Origin: Candidatus Woesearchaeota archaeon
Lineage (GTDB): Archaea > Nanobdellota > Nanobdellia > Woesearchaeales > UBA10216
DNA length: 64,000 nucleotides
Assembly: GCA_018303115.1 (NCBI GenBank)
Contig: JAGVYT010000001.1
Span: 10,279-74,278, forward strand
Direction of reading: 5' to 3'
Shown: positions 10,488-20,257 of the stretch, piece by piece
Numbering within the stretch: the stretch's first letter is position 1
How the letters are laid out: every line of letters begins with the position of its first letter
Notes under the pieces: generated by a model
What the model was told of the DNA's origin: nothing
Database searches by the model: none
The model's input: the letters and a program-made list of their open reading frames with translations, nothing else
Program-made: the position numbers and the translations under genes

Positions 10488-11573
10488 ATGGGCAACAAAA
10501 TCAGCTGGTTCAGGAATTCATTCGGCGAGGAAGAGCTGAAAAAGCTGGGCGAGTCTGTAGCCCAAGAGCACATAAGCCTTGGCCCTGTCACAGCAGAGCT
10601 TGAAGCACAGTTTGCAAAGGAACTGAACATCCCTTACGCAGTGGCTGTGCCAAGCGGCAGCGTCGCACTCCTCATCTCCCTAATTGCATGCGGAATCTCG
10701 CCTGAGGATGAGGTCATCATGCCGAACCGAAGCTGGATTGCCACGGCAAACGCCCCGATTATCCTCGGAGCAAAAGCTGTCCTCGTGGATGTGCAGGAAG
10801 ACCTGCCACTAATCGACGCATCGCAAATCAGGGAAAAAATCACCCCAAAAACCAAGGCAATAATACCTGTGCACCTGAACGGCAGAAGCTCGGACATGGA
10901 AGCCATCAACAAAATAGCAAAAGAACACAGCCTGTTTGTAATAGAAGACGCATGCCAGGCAATGTTTTCAAAAAATTCCTCCGGATTCCTGGGGACACAG
11001 TCTGACATGGGATGCTATTCCCTTGGGGTAACAAAGCTTATCTCAACAGGCCAGGGAGGGATGATTGTAACAAGGAACAAAGAGCTTTACGAAAAACTAA
11101 AACTAATCCGCAACAACGGAACACCAGACCATTTCATCCCGGAATACACCACAGTAGGACTAAACTTTAAGTTCACAGACATGCTCGCTTCAATCGGCCT
11201 TGTGCACCTGTCACAATTAAAGGAAAGACTAAAGCACGTCAATAAGGTGTATGAAAAATATGCAGAGGCGCTCAAGGAAATGCCATACCTCAAAATGATT
11301 CCAGTAAACGTAAAACAGGGAGAGGTGCCAATCTATGTTGAAGTCCTGTGCGAGAAACGCGATGAGCTAATCAGTTTCCTCGCTTCAGAAGGCATTGAAA
11401 CCAGGCCATTCCTCCCAAACCTTGAAATGGCGCCTTACATTGAAAGCGGATATTTCCCAAACTCAAAGATTTTCGAGGAACAGGGCCTGTTCCTTCCTTC
11501 CGGCCCCTCACAGCCACTTGAGAATGTTGACAAGGTGATAGAAGCGTTAAAGCAGTTCGGGAGAGAATTATGA
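10488..11573 (+). CDS. DegT/DnrJ/EryC1/StrS sugar aminotransferase
   Basis: TKAIIPVHLNG, IEDACQA, SLGVTKLISTGQGG (PLP lysine), GLFLPS. Confidence 0.92.
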   Translation: MGNKISWFRNSFGEEELKKLGESVAQEHISLGPVTAELEAQFAKELNIPYAVAVPSGSVALLISLIACGISPEDEVIMPNRSWIATANAPIILGAKAVLVDVQEDLPLIDASQIREKITPKTKAIIPVHLNGRSSDMEAINKIAKEHSLFVIEDACQAMFSKNSSGFLGTQSDMGCYSLGVTKLISTGQGGMIVTRNKELYEKLKLIRNNGTPDHFIPEYTTVGLNFKFTDMLASIGLVHLSQLKERLKHVNKVYEKYAEALKEMPYLKMIPVNVKQGEVPIYVEVLCEKRDELISFLASEGIETRPFLPNLEMAPYIESGYFPNSKIFEEQGLFLPSGPSQPLENVDKVIEALKQFGREL

Positions 11574-12520
11574 AATTCATAGTCTTGGGAACAACAGAAT
11601 TCACGCTAAGATGCGCCCAGGCCCTTCTGGACAGCGGGGCTGAATTGCGCCTTCTTGTCTCAATGCCTGAACGCTCACGCCCAATCAATTCAGCAGACGT
11701 TTCGGGTTTTGCGCAATCCCATAAAATCCTCTACCATGAAACGGAAGACATAAACTCGCCCGAATCCTTATCTGCAATAAAGAAACAACAGGCAGATTAC
11801 ATCCTGGCATCCTGGCCAGCCATAATAAAAAGGGAAGTTCTAGGGGCAGCAAGGATGTGCATAGGCTCGCACCCTACAGACCTGCCGCACAACAGGGGCA
11901 GGCACCCCTTGCACTGGCTGATAACGCTAGGATTCAAGGAGTCAAAACTAAGCTTTTTCAGAATGAATGAAGGCATAGACTCGGGAAACATACTGCTTAA
12001 GATTCCATTCAGGATTGGCAAAAAGGACTCCATCATGGAGGTTGTTGCAGAACTGAACGATGCAGCATACAAGGGAACAAAGGGGCTTTACAGGCTGCTA
12101 AAGCGGTCAGTGCCCGAAGGAACAGAACAGGAGCATAAAGAAGCCAATTACTGGAGGAAAAGAAGCGTGCATGACGTGATTCTGGACTTAAGAATGCCAT
12201 CAGACACGATAATCAGGACTGTAAGGTCGTTTTCAACGCCATACCCATGCGCCAAGCTTATCTTTGAAGACAGCATCATTGCAGTATCAAAGGCAGAAGT
12301 TGCGCAAACACCGCTTTCTAAAGAGGAAATAATGAGGACAGAACCTGGAAAAATCATCAGCGCTGAAGGAAAAAGAATGCTGGTTAAAGCAGAAGACAAA
12401 ATCATGCTTTTAGAAACTGACGGGCTTCCACAGAAGATATTAGAGGCAAAATACATCCACCCCCCGTCAAAATACATTGCCGGATGGTCGCAGAATCAGC
12501 TCAAAAGACTAGAAAACTAG
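11570..12520 (+). CDS. Formyltransferase (Fmt-like; probably a sugar N-formyltransferase)
   Basis: HPTDLPHNRGRHPLHW, GIDSGNI, VRSFSTPYPCA; lies directly after the aminotransferase. Confidence 0.82.
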   Translation: MKFIVLGTTEFTLRCAQALLDSGAELRLLVSMPERSRPINSADVSGFAQSHKILYHETEDINSPESLSAIKKQQADYILASWPAIIKREVLGAARMCIGSHPTDLPHNRGRHPLHWLITLGFKESKLSFFRMNEGIDSGNILLKIPFRIGKKDSIMEVVAELNDAAYKGTKGLYRLLKRSVPEGTEQEHKEANYWRKRSVHDVILDLRMPSDTIIRTVRSFSTPYPCAKLIFEDSIIAVSKAEVAQTPLSKEEIMRTEPGKIISAEGKRMLVKAEDKIMLLETDGLPQKILEAKYIHPPSKYIAGWSQNQLKRLEN

Positions 12521-12555
12521 AAGCACTAAGCCAGTATCTCCGAAAGCAGCTGTTC

Positions 12556-12655
12556 GCTGGCTGCGCCCAAGCTGCTTGCTTTGTTTAGCTTCTCTCCACT
12601 TAACTTGCGTAGGGGAGAGAAGCTAAGTTAGGAGAACCTCAGCCAGCAAATGGGC
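12556..12655. repeat. Dispersed palindromic element copy E1
   Basis: 13-bp perfect stem TTAGCTTCTCTCC/GGAGAGAAGCTAA (12585-12626) around ACTTAACTTGCGTAGG; outer GCTGGCTG/CAGCCAGC; between convergent genes. Confidence 0.75.
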
Positions 12656-12737
12656 ACTTGAAAAGTTTACTTAACACAAGGGGAAAGAAGAAAAAGCAGA
12701 AAGAACAACAGTCATCACATAACTTCACTTTACCAAA

Positions 12738-13766
12738 TCAGCACATCTTGATTACGCATCTAATAACCCTGCCTTCGCGAAGTTCCTGTATTGCGGCATT
12801 AATCTCACCCAGACTGCATACCTTTGTCACCATCTTTTCAAGGCTAAACCTGCCAGACTCCTGCAGCCTCAGCAGCCTTGGTATGTCATACGCTGGATTG
12901 CTGTCCCCGCCGTGAGAACCGGTTATCTTCTTTTTGAAGTGCAACTTAAATGAATCTATGCACATCTTTTCCCCCGCTTTTGGAACGCCAACAAGAATTG
13001 TGCGCCCCTCCCTGCCGCTGACTTCGTAAGCAAGCTCCCTGATTTCCTTAATCCCAGTCGTATCAACGGCAACGTCGGCATCAGAGGAAAGATACTCGCT
13101 GATTTTCTGCCTTGCGTCTTCCCTTGAAGAATTAATGACATGCGTAGCGCCAAACCGTCTGGCATTTTCCAACTTAAAATCATTAATGTCAACCGCAATT
13201 ACCGGGTATGCTGAAGCCAAAGAGGAGGCAAGAATGATTGATGTCCCGGTGCCGCCTGCCCCAAAAACAACCAAGGACTCCCCGCTTTTCACGCCAGCAT
13301 CGTTCTGAACCACCCCAAAACCAGTAGTAACTGCACAGCCGTAAAGGGAAGCCAGCTTCATGTCAAAACTTTTTGGAATAGGGGTTATGCGATTTTCCGA
13401 AACGACAGCAGACTCATTAAAAGTAGTAACCCAGCCTGCATTAACCGTCCTGCCGCCAAGCTTATACACAGGGGTGGAAGACTCGACCCCCTTTCCTTTC
13501 CTCCAGTGCAAGACCACATGGTCGCCTTCCTTTACATTGGTGACGCCAGGGCCAACGCCTTCCACAACCCCGCTTCCCTCGTGCCCAAGAAGATGCGGCA
13601 GGAACCTATCAGGGCCCTTAACGCCTTCAATCTCATTAATCTGCGAGCCGCACAGCCCGCTGTAGTGCACCTTAACAAGAACCTGGCCGTAATGAAGAAC
13701 CTCAGGAATTTGAACTTCATCAACCACCAGAGGGGATTTCTGCTTCACTAAAATAGCCGCTTTCAT
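12738..13766 (-). CDS. Zinc-dependent alcohol dehydrogenase (MDR family)
   Basis: GLCGSQ, LGHEGSG, GCAVTTG, FGAGGTG. Confidence 0.9.
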   Translation of the reverse strand: MKAAILVKQKSPLVVDEVQIPEVLHYGQVLVKVHYSGLCGSQINEIEGVKGPDRFLPHLLGHEGSGVVEGVGPGVTNVKEGDHVVLHWRKGKGVESSTPVYKLGGRTVNAGWVTTFNESAVVSENRITPIPKSFDMKLASLYGCAVTTGFGVVQNDAGVKSGESLVVFGAGGTGTSIILASSLASAYPVIAVDINDFKLENARRFGATHVINSSREDARQKISEYLSSDADVAVDTTGIKEIRELAYEVSGREGRTILVGVPKAGEKMCIDSFKLHFKKKITGSHGGDSNPAYDIPRLLRLQESGRFSLEKMVTKVCSLGEINAAIQELREGRVIRCVIKMC

Positions 13767-13910
13767 ATTTTACTCCAAACTCCTTAACATTTGGCAAAGC
13801 AGGCAGTTTAAAAAATTTTTGCAACATCAGTAAGCGACAAAAATAAGTCGCAGCATTGCCTTCACACGCCAAGGAAAAATTTAAATAGACTCTTCTTCCG
13901 CCAAAGAAAA

Positions 13911-14900
13911 ATGGGCAAGATTGTTGTAATCGGGAGCAATTCCTTTGCAGGCTCACATTTTATAGACTACCTTTTGTCAAACACGGACAGCTCCATCATA
14001 GGCATAAGCAGAAGGGATGAGAAAAAAGACGTATTTCTCCCGTATAAGAAAAACAGGAACCTTGAGCGGTTCAGGTTCCAAAGGTTCGACCTTAACAAGA
14101 ACATGGCTGAGCTTCTGAAATTCCTGGACGATGAAAAGCCGGAGGTAATTGTCAACTATGCCGCGCAAAGCGAAGTGGCGCCAAGTTGGGAAAACCCGCT
14201 TAACTGGTATGACACAAATGTTTCGGCTGTTGTAAAGCTGACTAACCATTTGAAAGGCCAGAAATACCTGAAGAATTACGTGCATGTCTCATCACCTGAA
14301 ATATACGGAACATGCTACATGGAAGTTTACGAGGACCACTCATACAACCCCAGCACCCCTTACGCCGCTTCAAAGGCAGCCGGGGACATGTTCATACAGC
14401 TGCTTGCCAAAAACTTCAATTTCCCTGCTATTATTGTCAGGCCGACAAACTATTACGGTCCATGCCAGCAGCTTTTCAAGATAATACCAAAGTCAATAAT
14501 ATACCTCAAGAAAGGCGAAAAGATTCCTCTTCACGGGGGAGGCAGGGCAGTAAAATCATTCATTCACATAAGAGACGTGTGCGACGGCATGCTTAAAATA
14601 GTGGAAAAGGGGAAAGCAGGAGAGATTTACCACCTCTCCCAATCTTCAGGCTACTCTGTCAGGAAGATAGTAGAAAAAATCTGCAGTAAAATGGGGAAAA
14701 AATTCAATGAAGCAACTGACATCGTTGAAGAGCGGCTTGGCCAGGATGCATCCTACATAATAAGTTCCTACAAAGCAAGAAAGCTGAACTGGGAGCCCAA
14801 AATAGGAATAGACGAGGGCCTTGCAGAATGCATCAAATGGGTGGAAGACAACTGGAGCGAAATAAAAACTGAACCCCTCAAATACATACACGAGGCGTGA
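13911..14900 (+). CDS. NDP-sugar 4,6-dehydratase-like SDR
   Basis: GSNSFAG, YAAQSEV, SSPEIYG, PSTPYAASK. Confidence 0.85.
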   Translation: MGKIVVIGSNSFAGSHFIDYLLSNTDSSIIGISRRDEKKDVFLPYKKNRNLERFRFQRFDLNKNMAELLKFLDDEKPEVIVNYAAQSEVAPSWENPLNWYDTNVSAVVKLTNHLKGQKYLKNYVHVSSPEIYGTCYMEVYEDHSYNPSTPYAASKAAGDMFIQLLAKNFNFPAIIVRPTNYYGPCQQLFKIIPKSIIYLKKGEKIPLHGGGRAVKSFIHIRDVCDGMLKIVEKGKAGEIYHLSQSSGYSVRKIVEKICSKMGKKFNEATDIVEERLGQDASYIISSYKARKLNWEPKIGIDEGLAECIKWVEDNWSEIKTEPLKYIHEA

Positions 14901-16114
14901 TAAAAATACCTGCAAAGAAGGAAATAACACAGCACTGGTATTTCGAGAAAAAGGGAATCATTTCACAACACCGCAACCTAAAATCGCAAAGCGACCTTGA
15001 TTCCTACGAGCAGGAAAGAAGAGACCTGTTTACAGATAAGCTTGCGCTGCCGCCAAGCGCCTTTACCAACTCGCAATTGCTTGAGTTCGGGCCTTCTGCA
15101 GGGGAAAACGCCATTGTGTTTGCAATGTGGGGGGCTTCATGCACGCTTGTTGAGCCAAACCTCAAAGCACACCCCTGCATCAAAAAATATTTCGAGCAGT
15201 TCAAACTTGCACAAAAGCTTGTCGAAGTAGACGGCTCAACACTGGAAAGCTACTCCAAACGCCAAATACCTGACAAGAAATTTGACTTCATAGTTGCCGA
15301 AGGATTCATCTACCTAGTGAAGCCAGACCCCATGTGGATTGGCTTCTTTTCCAGAATCATAAAGAACAACGGGTTTGTCATCCTGAACTACTGCGAGACA
15401 TTCGGCAACTTTCAGGAGCTGTTCCTGAAAGCAATTCACAGCAGAATGTGCAAACTCACAGGGATGGGCTCTGTGGAAGCTGCGGGGAAATGGTTTGGAG
15501 CCAAGTGGAATTCCATACCGCACACCACAACAATGGAGTCCTGGGTGGCTGACGTTTTAGACAACCCAACTGTCCGGCTAGCGCGATTTTACGAACTGAA
15601 AGAGCTGTGCACAAACCTCTGCAACTCTGGATTTTACCTATACTCTTCCTGGCCACCGTATAAGAACAGCCTTGAGGTGTATTGGGCCAAGAAAATGCCA
15701 AAACCAAAAGAGCAGCTTGAATCACAGAACGAATTTATCGAAAGAAGCAGGCTTAGCCACATGTTCGGCAGGAAGCATTTCCTTCTAAAGACTGGCCCAG
15801 AAATGGAACCCTCCATTAAAGAGCTTCTTACCCTCACAGACAGCCTGATAGACGAATTTGACAGGGACAAGGCAGAGAAATGCATCGAGCACCTTGGCAG
15901 CATAGAGAGGCTCATAGGCTCGGACGCAGTAATTTCAGAGCCCAAAGACGTTAAAGAAACGCTTAACGCGATTAAAAGCATAAAGCACATCCTTAACCTG
16001 CTTATTGCAGGAAACGCAGACGACATAGCAGCATTCTGCAGCAGCGACAAGGCATTCATCAAAAGCTGGGGAATGCCCACGCATTACGCTGTCTTCAGAA
16101 AAGGAAGCGAATAG
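14897..16114 (+). CDS. Class I SAM-dependent methyltransferase-like protein
   Basis: LLEFGPSAGEN motif I, LVEPN, FDFIVAEG. Confidence 0.7.
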   Translation: MIKIPAKKEITQHWYFEKKGIISQHRNLKSQSDLDSYEQERRDLFTDKLALPPSAFTNSQLLEFGPSAGENAIVFAMWGASCTLVEPNLKAHPCIKKYFEQFKLAQKLVEVDGSTLESYSKRQIPDKKFDFIVAEGFIYLVKPDPMWIGFFSRIIKNNGFVILNYCETFGNFQELFLKAIHSRMCKLTGMGSVEAAGKWFGAKWNSIPHTTTMESWVADVLDNPTVRLARFYELKELCTNLCNSGFYLYSSWPPYKNSLEVYWAKKMPKPKEQLESQNEFIERSRLSHMFGRKHFLLKTGPEMEPSIKELLTLTDSLIDEFDRDKAEKCIEHLGSIERLIGSDAVISEPKDVKETLNAIKSIKHILNLLIAGNADDIAAFCSSDKAFIKSWGMPTHYAVFRKGSE

Positions 16115-16805
16115 ACTTCAAGCGCACCCTGAAGAACAGCCTAAAAACCGTGCTTACGATTCCAAAAACATTCCTGAGGCGCAGGGCAGTAGTTGAGCTG
16201 GTTTCCTGCAGCGCCATAATTGGAACTTCCTTTACAGAATGCCCCGCCTTCACGAGCCGTATAAGAATCTCAGGATAAACCCCGAAGCTGCTGGTTGTGA
16301 TGCTCACTTTCCCAACAAGGCTTTTTTCATACATCTGCATGCCAAAATAATACTTCAGGCGAAGTCCGAACAAAAGGTTCAGGAAAGCGGAAACAACAGC
16401 GGAAATGACCCGGCGGTGAAGAAGCCTGACCTTCTTGTTTCCGCTGTAGGAAATAACAACATCCGCCTGACCAATCTTGCCCATGTAATTCTCAAGAGAA
16501 TCCGGGGTCAGGCTGTCAGGGCCTGGAAGCAGCATCACGTATTCCTTGGAAGCGTGCCTAATGCCAAGAGCGTAGCTGTAACCAACATTCATGTTCCTCC
16601 TGTTATGAAACACCCTTATCCTGGAATTCCTTTTTGCAAGCCTGTCAACAATTTCCCCTGTCCTGTCACTGCTCCCGTCCTCAAAAATAAGCAGCTCGTA
16701 ATCTGAAAACAGCTTAGCGGCAATTCTACTGACACCCCTTACAGAAGATGCAATAGTCTGCTCATCGTTATACGCCGGTATTATGATGCTGACTGACTTT
16801 TTCAT
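16095..16805 (-). CDS. Glycosyltransferase family 2
   Basis: SIIIPAYNDE, EDGSSDRT; start at MKKSVS. Confidence 0.88.
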   Translation of the reverse strand: MKKSVSIIIPAYNDEQTIASSVRGVSRIAAKLFSDYELLIFEDGSSDRTGEIVDRLAKRNSRIRVFHNRRNMNVGYSYALGIRHASKEYVMLLPGPDSLTPDSLENYMGKIGQADVVISYSGNKKVRLLHRRVISAVVSAFLNLLFGLRLKYYFGMQMYEKSLVGKVSITTSSFGVYPEILIRLVKAGHSVKEVPIMALQETSSTTALRLRNVFGIVSTVFRLFFRVRLKSIRFLF

Positions 16806-17161
16806 GCCCACACCGCGGAGTAGCCCATCATTGCCACCCCAAACACTATGGCGGCTATCCCAAGCCACTTATACTTATTCATGCGCTCCCCCAAAAACCT
16901 CACCGACAGCAGCGAAACCCAAACAAAAGTCAAGGCATTTGTGGGAAAGACAACCGCCAGGTCCGCATTTTTTAACGCCCACAAGTAAAAGGGCATAGGC
17001 AGCAGGTAAAAAAAGACGCCAAGCATAAGCTTATAGTTACGCAGCTGCTCAGCAACGCTAAAAGAAAACTTCACCGAGCCAAGCTTAAAAAACAGGGCAC
17101 CAAAAGCCACTGAAACCGTCAAAACCGCCACAATGCCAACTACAACGATTGTCTCAACCAT
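16802..17161 (-). CDS. EamA/SMR (ArnE/ArnF-like) small flippase subunit
   Basis: Four TM helices; ALKNADLAVVFP, FLGER motifs. Confidence 0.78.
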   Translation of the reverse strand: MVETIVVVGIVAVLTVSVAFGALFFKLGSVKFSFSVAEQLRNYKLMLGVFFYLLPMPFYLWALKNADLAVVFPTNALTFVWVSLLSVRFLGERMNKYKWLGIAAIVFGVAMMGYSAVWA

Positions 17162-17513
17162 GTTCAGCACCATAACCAACAAGGCTTATCCCCGCAGCAA
17201 TAAAAAATATGCCAAGCCAGTTAATCAAAAGCAGCACTTCATTCAAAACAAACAGGGCTACCAAAGCCACCCATACGTAACTTAATGCAAAAAAAGGGTA
17301 TGCGACAGACAATTCCGCCTTTTTAAGAGCAAAAAGCACAAGCATAGCCCCAAGGGCGTAAAAAAACAGTCCAAGAAATATGTTATAGTTGGTTATTATG
17401 GCCTGCACATTCAGCTCAAGAGCGGCTGCCCCTGTCTTATAGAAGTATTGGGCTGCTACAGAAAATACGGTAAAAATAACAATAAGCAAAATTGCTGCAG
17501 GACTGGTTTTCAT
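17154..17513 (-). CDS. EamA/SMR (ArnE/ArnF-like) small flippase subunit
   Basis: ALKKAELSVAYPFFALSYVWV; paired with the adjacent paralog; start at MKTSP. Confidence 0.8.
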   Translation of the reverse strand: MKTSPAAILLIVIFTVFSVAAQYFYKTGAAALELNVQAIITNYNIFLGLFFYALGAMLVLFALKKAELSVAYPFFALSYVWVALVALFVLNEVLLLINWLGIFFIAAGISLVGYGAEHG

Positions 17514-17576
17514 CAAAAAGCGGAAACGCGACATGTTTTTAAAGATTTGCGTTGACTGGTTCCAAATCTGAACATA

Positions 17577-17673
17577 TTCCACTTTCCTCACCCTAATCCA
17601 GTTAAGGGGGAGGAAAGTGAGGAAGCAGCAGGGCAAAGCAAATTGCATCGCAAGCTAACTTTTCAATAGCGCC
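17577..17673. repeat. Dispersed palindromic element copy E2
   Basis: CACTTTCCTC/GAGGAAAGTG stem around ACCCTAATCCAGTTAAGGGG (CTTAACTGG on the minus strand); AACTTTTCAATAGCGCC at 17657-17673 resembles the right end of E3. Confidence 0.7.
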
Positions 17674-17717
17674 AGAGAAGGATTAAATTTAAAAAGTAAC
17701 AGGGAATCGTTCTAAAC

Positions 17718-18758
17718 ATGGAAGAATCGTATATTGAGGGAATTAAAAGAAAGTATTCTATTGAAAAGCTGAAGGAAGCGCTGTCACAATTTAAAAGAAT
17801 AAAAATCCTCGTGATAGGCGACACCATAATTGATGAATACCATTTTACACGCCCGAAAGGCAGGGCAACCAAAGACCCGATTCTTTCAGTTGACTATGTC
17901 AACCATGAGGTTTACGGAGGGGGCATACTGGCTGTTGCAAATCATGTAAGCAATTTTGCAGATGAAGTAACATGCATTACGGCAATTGGAGACAGGAACG
18001 ACCGGAAAGACTTCATCACCGGCGCCCTCAACAAAAACGTAGACTTGAAACTTCTCGTAAAAAAGGACTCGCCAACTACAATAAAAAAGAGGTATTTGGA
18101 CAACATAAGGAATGAAAAACTGTTCAAGGTAGAGTTCATTAACGAAGCCCCAATTGATGAAGAAACTGAAAAAAAGCTTATTGGATTCCTAGAGCAGGAG
18201 CTGCCTAAAAACGACTTGGTCCTCCTTGGAGACTTCGGGCACGGCTTAATAACTGAAAAGGTCATAAAGCTACTGGAAGAAAAGTCAAAATACCTGGCAG
18301 TAAATGCGCAATGCAACAGCGCAAACCTCGGCTTTAATTTTGTAACCAAGTATAGCAAACCAAAATACATAACCATGGACATTACCGAACTGCAGTATGC
18401 TGTTTCGGACCGCTTCAGCACAGTGGATGTCCTGATGAAAAAGCTCAGGGACAAAACAGGCTTCAGCAATTTCCTGGTAACAATGGGAAAGGAAGGCGCA
18501 GGATACTTCAACAACAACAACATTAGATTCAGCCCTGCCTTTGTCACAAGGCCAAAGGACACAGTAGGGGCAGGGGACGCCGTCTTCAGCGTCACTTCCC
18601 TTTTTTCCTGCCTTGGAATGAAAGAGCTAATCCCGTTCATAGCAAACTGCGCAGGCGGCATTGCAGTGTCGTACCTCGGTAACAAGGAGAGCATAAATAA
18701 AGAGAAACTTCTGGAGTTCATCAGCCAGGCATACAATGGCGAGATTAAAGCAGTGTAG
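17718..18758 (+). CDS. PfkB-family sugar kinase (RfaE/HldE domain I-like)
   Basis: ILVIGDTIIDEY, DFGHG, VTMGKEG, DTVGAGD. Confidence 0.85.
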   Translation: MEESYIEGIKRKYSIEKLKEALSQFKRIKILVIGDTIIDEYHFTRPKGRATKDPILSVDYVNHEVYGGGILAVANHVSNFADEVTCITAIGDRNDRKDFITGALNKNVDLKLLVKKDSPTTIKKRYLDNIRNEKLFKVEFINEAPIDEETEKKLIGFLEQELPKNDLVLLGDFGHGLITEKVIKLLEEKSKYLAVNAQCNSANLGFNFVTKYSKPKYITMDITELQYAVSDRFSTVDVLMKKLRDKTGFSNFLVTMGKEGAGYFNNNNIRFSPAFVTRPKDTVGAGDAVFSVTSLFSCLGMKELIPFIANCAGGIAVSYLGNKESINKEKLLEFISQAYNGEIKAV

Positions 18759-19815
18759 AAAACTCTTTCTTCATAGCCTCATAGCTTTTGCTGTTAACGT
18801 CAATAAATTCGGCATTGATGTTTTCAGCCAGTTCAGCATCATTTCGGCTGTCGCCAATAACAACAGCCATATCAAAATCACCGGGAGTCATGTTAAGCTC
18901 CTTCAGAGCCTGAAGAACCATTCCAGGGCTAGGCTTTCTCATGGCCTTATCCTTTACAAAGTCAGGATTAAACTGAACCCCATTTGCCGAAGCCGCATAC
19001 ACTTTATCAACGTCAGGGCAGAACTGCCAGTTATCTATAACAACACCCTTCTCCCTTAAAAATTCCGCAATGCAGCCGTTAACATCAGCCACAGTCTTAA
19101 GCGCAAAATAATTGCGCGCTACGCCCTGCTGATTTGAGATAACAATCTTGACAGTGTCATACTTTGTCTGAACATAAGAAATTAGGTCTATAACAGGCTT
19201 CTGCAGCTTAACCTGCCCCATCCAGTTCTCATCCCTGCCAAGAAAATCAACGTGCTCCACAAGAGTGCCGTCCCTGTCTATTACAAGAAGGATTTTTTCG
19301 CGCTTAACGTTATCCTTTATGTGGTTTATTATTTCAGTTGATGAAAATTTCTGGTCTGCCGTGTATTTCACCTCTCCGCCAGCCGCCTCAATAGCCCTGC
19401 GCTCTGCAGTTATGCCGGGGGTTGTCTTATTGACAAAATCAGGCCCCTTTATGTAAAATGATGGCTTAAGCCTCTCCACGACGTGAACAGCCCGCTCAAA
19501 ATCGCTGACGACCACGAAGTCAACAAAATTAAGGGCTGCTACGGAGTAGGCGCGCAAAAGCTCTGAAAAAATTGGCCTGCCGCTGCCCTTCCTTGCCGTT
19601 ACAAACCTGTCAGAAGTTATTGAAACAAACAAATAATCGCACAACTTCGCTGCAGACTCAAGATGCTTAATGTGCCCGGGATGGAGCAGGTCAAAACCCC
19701 CATGGCAAAGCCCAACAGTTTTATTCGCCTGTTTGAACTCTGAAATTTTCTTAACAGCAGCGCCAAAACCGATAATTTTGTCCGAGCTGAAATCGTTATC
19801 TTCCGCCTTAAACAT
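18745..19815 (-). CDS. Nucleotidyltransferase (RfaE/HldE domain II-like) fused to a GmhB-like HAD phosphatase
   Basis: HGGFDLLHPGH, KGSGRP, YIKGPD, FSST; then IDRDGTL, ISNQQG, RKPSPGM, IGDS..D. Confidence 0.85.
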   Translation of the reverse strand: MFKAEDNDFSSDKIIGFGAAVKKISEFKQANKTVGLCHGGFDLLHPGHIKHLESAAKLCDYLFVSITSDRFVTARKGSGRPIFSELLRAYSVAALNFVDFVVVSDFERAVHVVERLKPSFYIKGPDFVNKTTPGITAERRAIEAAGGEVKYTADQKFSSTEIINHIKDNVKREKILLVIDRDGTLVEHVDFLGRDENWMGQVKLQKPVIDLISYVQTKYDTVKIVISNQQGVARNYFALKTVADVNGCIAEFLREKGVVIDNWQFCPDVDKVYAASANGVQFNPDFVKDKAMRKPSPGMVLQALKELNMTPGDFDMAVVIGDSRNDAELAENINAEFIDVNSKSYEAMKKEFSTLL

Positions 19816-20114
19816 GTTAACCAATGCCAGAGGCAACCCGGAAGAGAATATAAAAGTTTTGCTATAGCGGAACATTCACAGTGACCATTACCAGTCAATT
19901 TCCTGCTTAACTTGGGACTCCCTGCTAAGCCAGACAAGGGTCTTCAGGGGTTGTCCTGAATCCTGTTCGTGTAGCTACTGCATACCCTCAAACCTGTTCT
20001 CCAAAACTTCTATGACCACTCTATGACTCACATACGGCAGAGCAGGAGGGAGGGAAGTAGAAAGGAAGCGATAAACATGCGAGAAAGCCCTTTTAGGACA
20101 GCGCCGGGTCTTCA

Positions 20115-20257
20115 GGCATTGTTGAAAGTCTTGCCTGCTTGCTTATTCGCCCTTTCTTTTTTTCCTTCTCCCCTTAACTTGTTAGAGGGGGGAAGGAAAA
20201 TTGGAGGAAGAAGCGACAGCAGCAAAACGGGCAAATAACGACTTTTTCAACAGAGCC
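20115..20257. mobile_element. MITE-like element (palindrome family copy E3) with terminal inverted repeats and 11-bp flanking direct repeats
   Basis: Ends GGCATTGTTGAAAGTC / GACTTTTTCAACAGAGCC; CCGGGTCTTCA at 20104-20114 and 20258-20268; central hairpin 20160-20200. Confidence 0.7.

Noticed and set aside
12585..12626. Simple bidirectional intrinsic terminator
   Set aside because: Possible for this convergent copy, but there is no U-tract and five related copies sit between divergent genes, so termination does not explain the family
17942..18736. 264-aa antisense ORF and the many other shadow ORFs in the track
   Set aside because: They lie opposite or within genes with clear motifs and have low-information Ser/Phe/Leu-rich translations
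19816..20110. RNase P or SRP RNA in the long intergenic gap
   Set aside because: I could not find the GAGGAAAGTCC/ACAGAA..CGGCTTA or SRP helix-8 signatures on either strand
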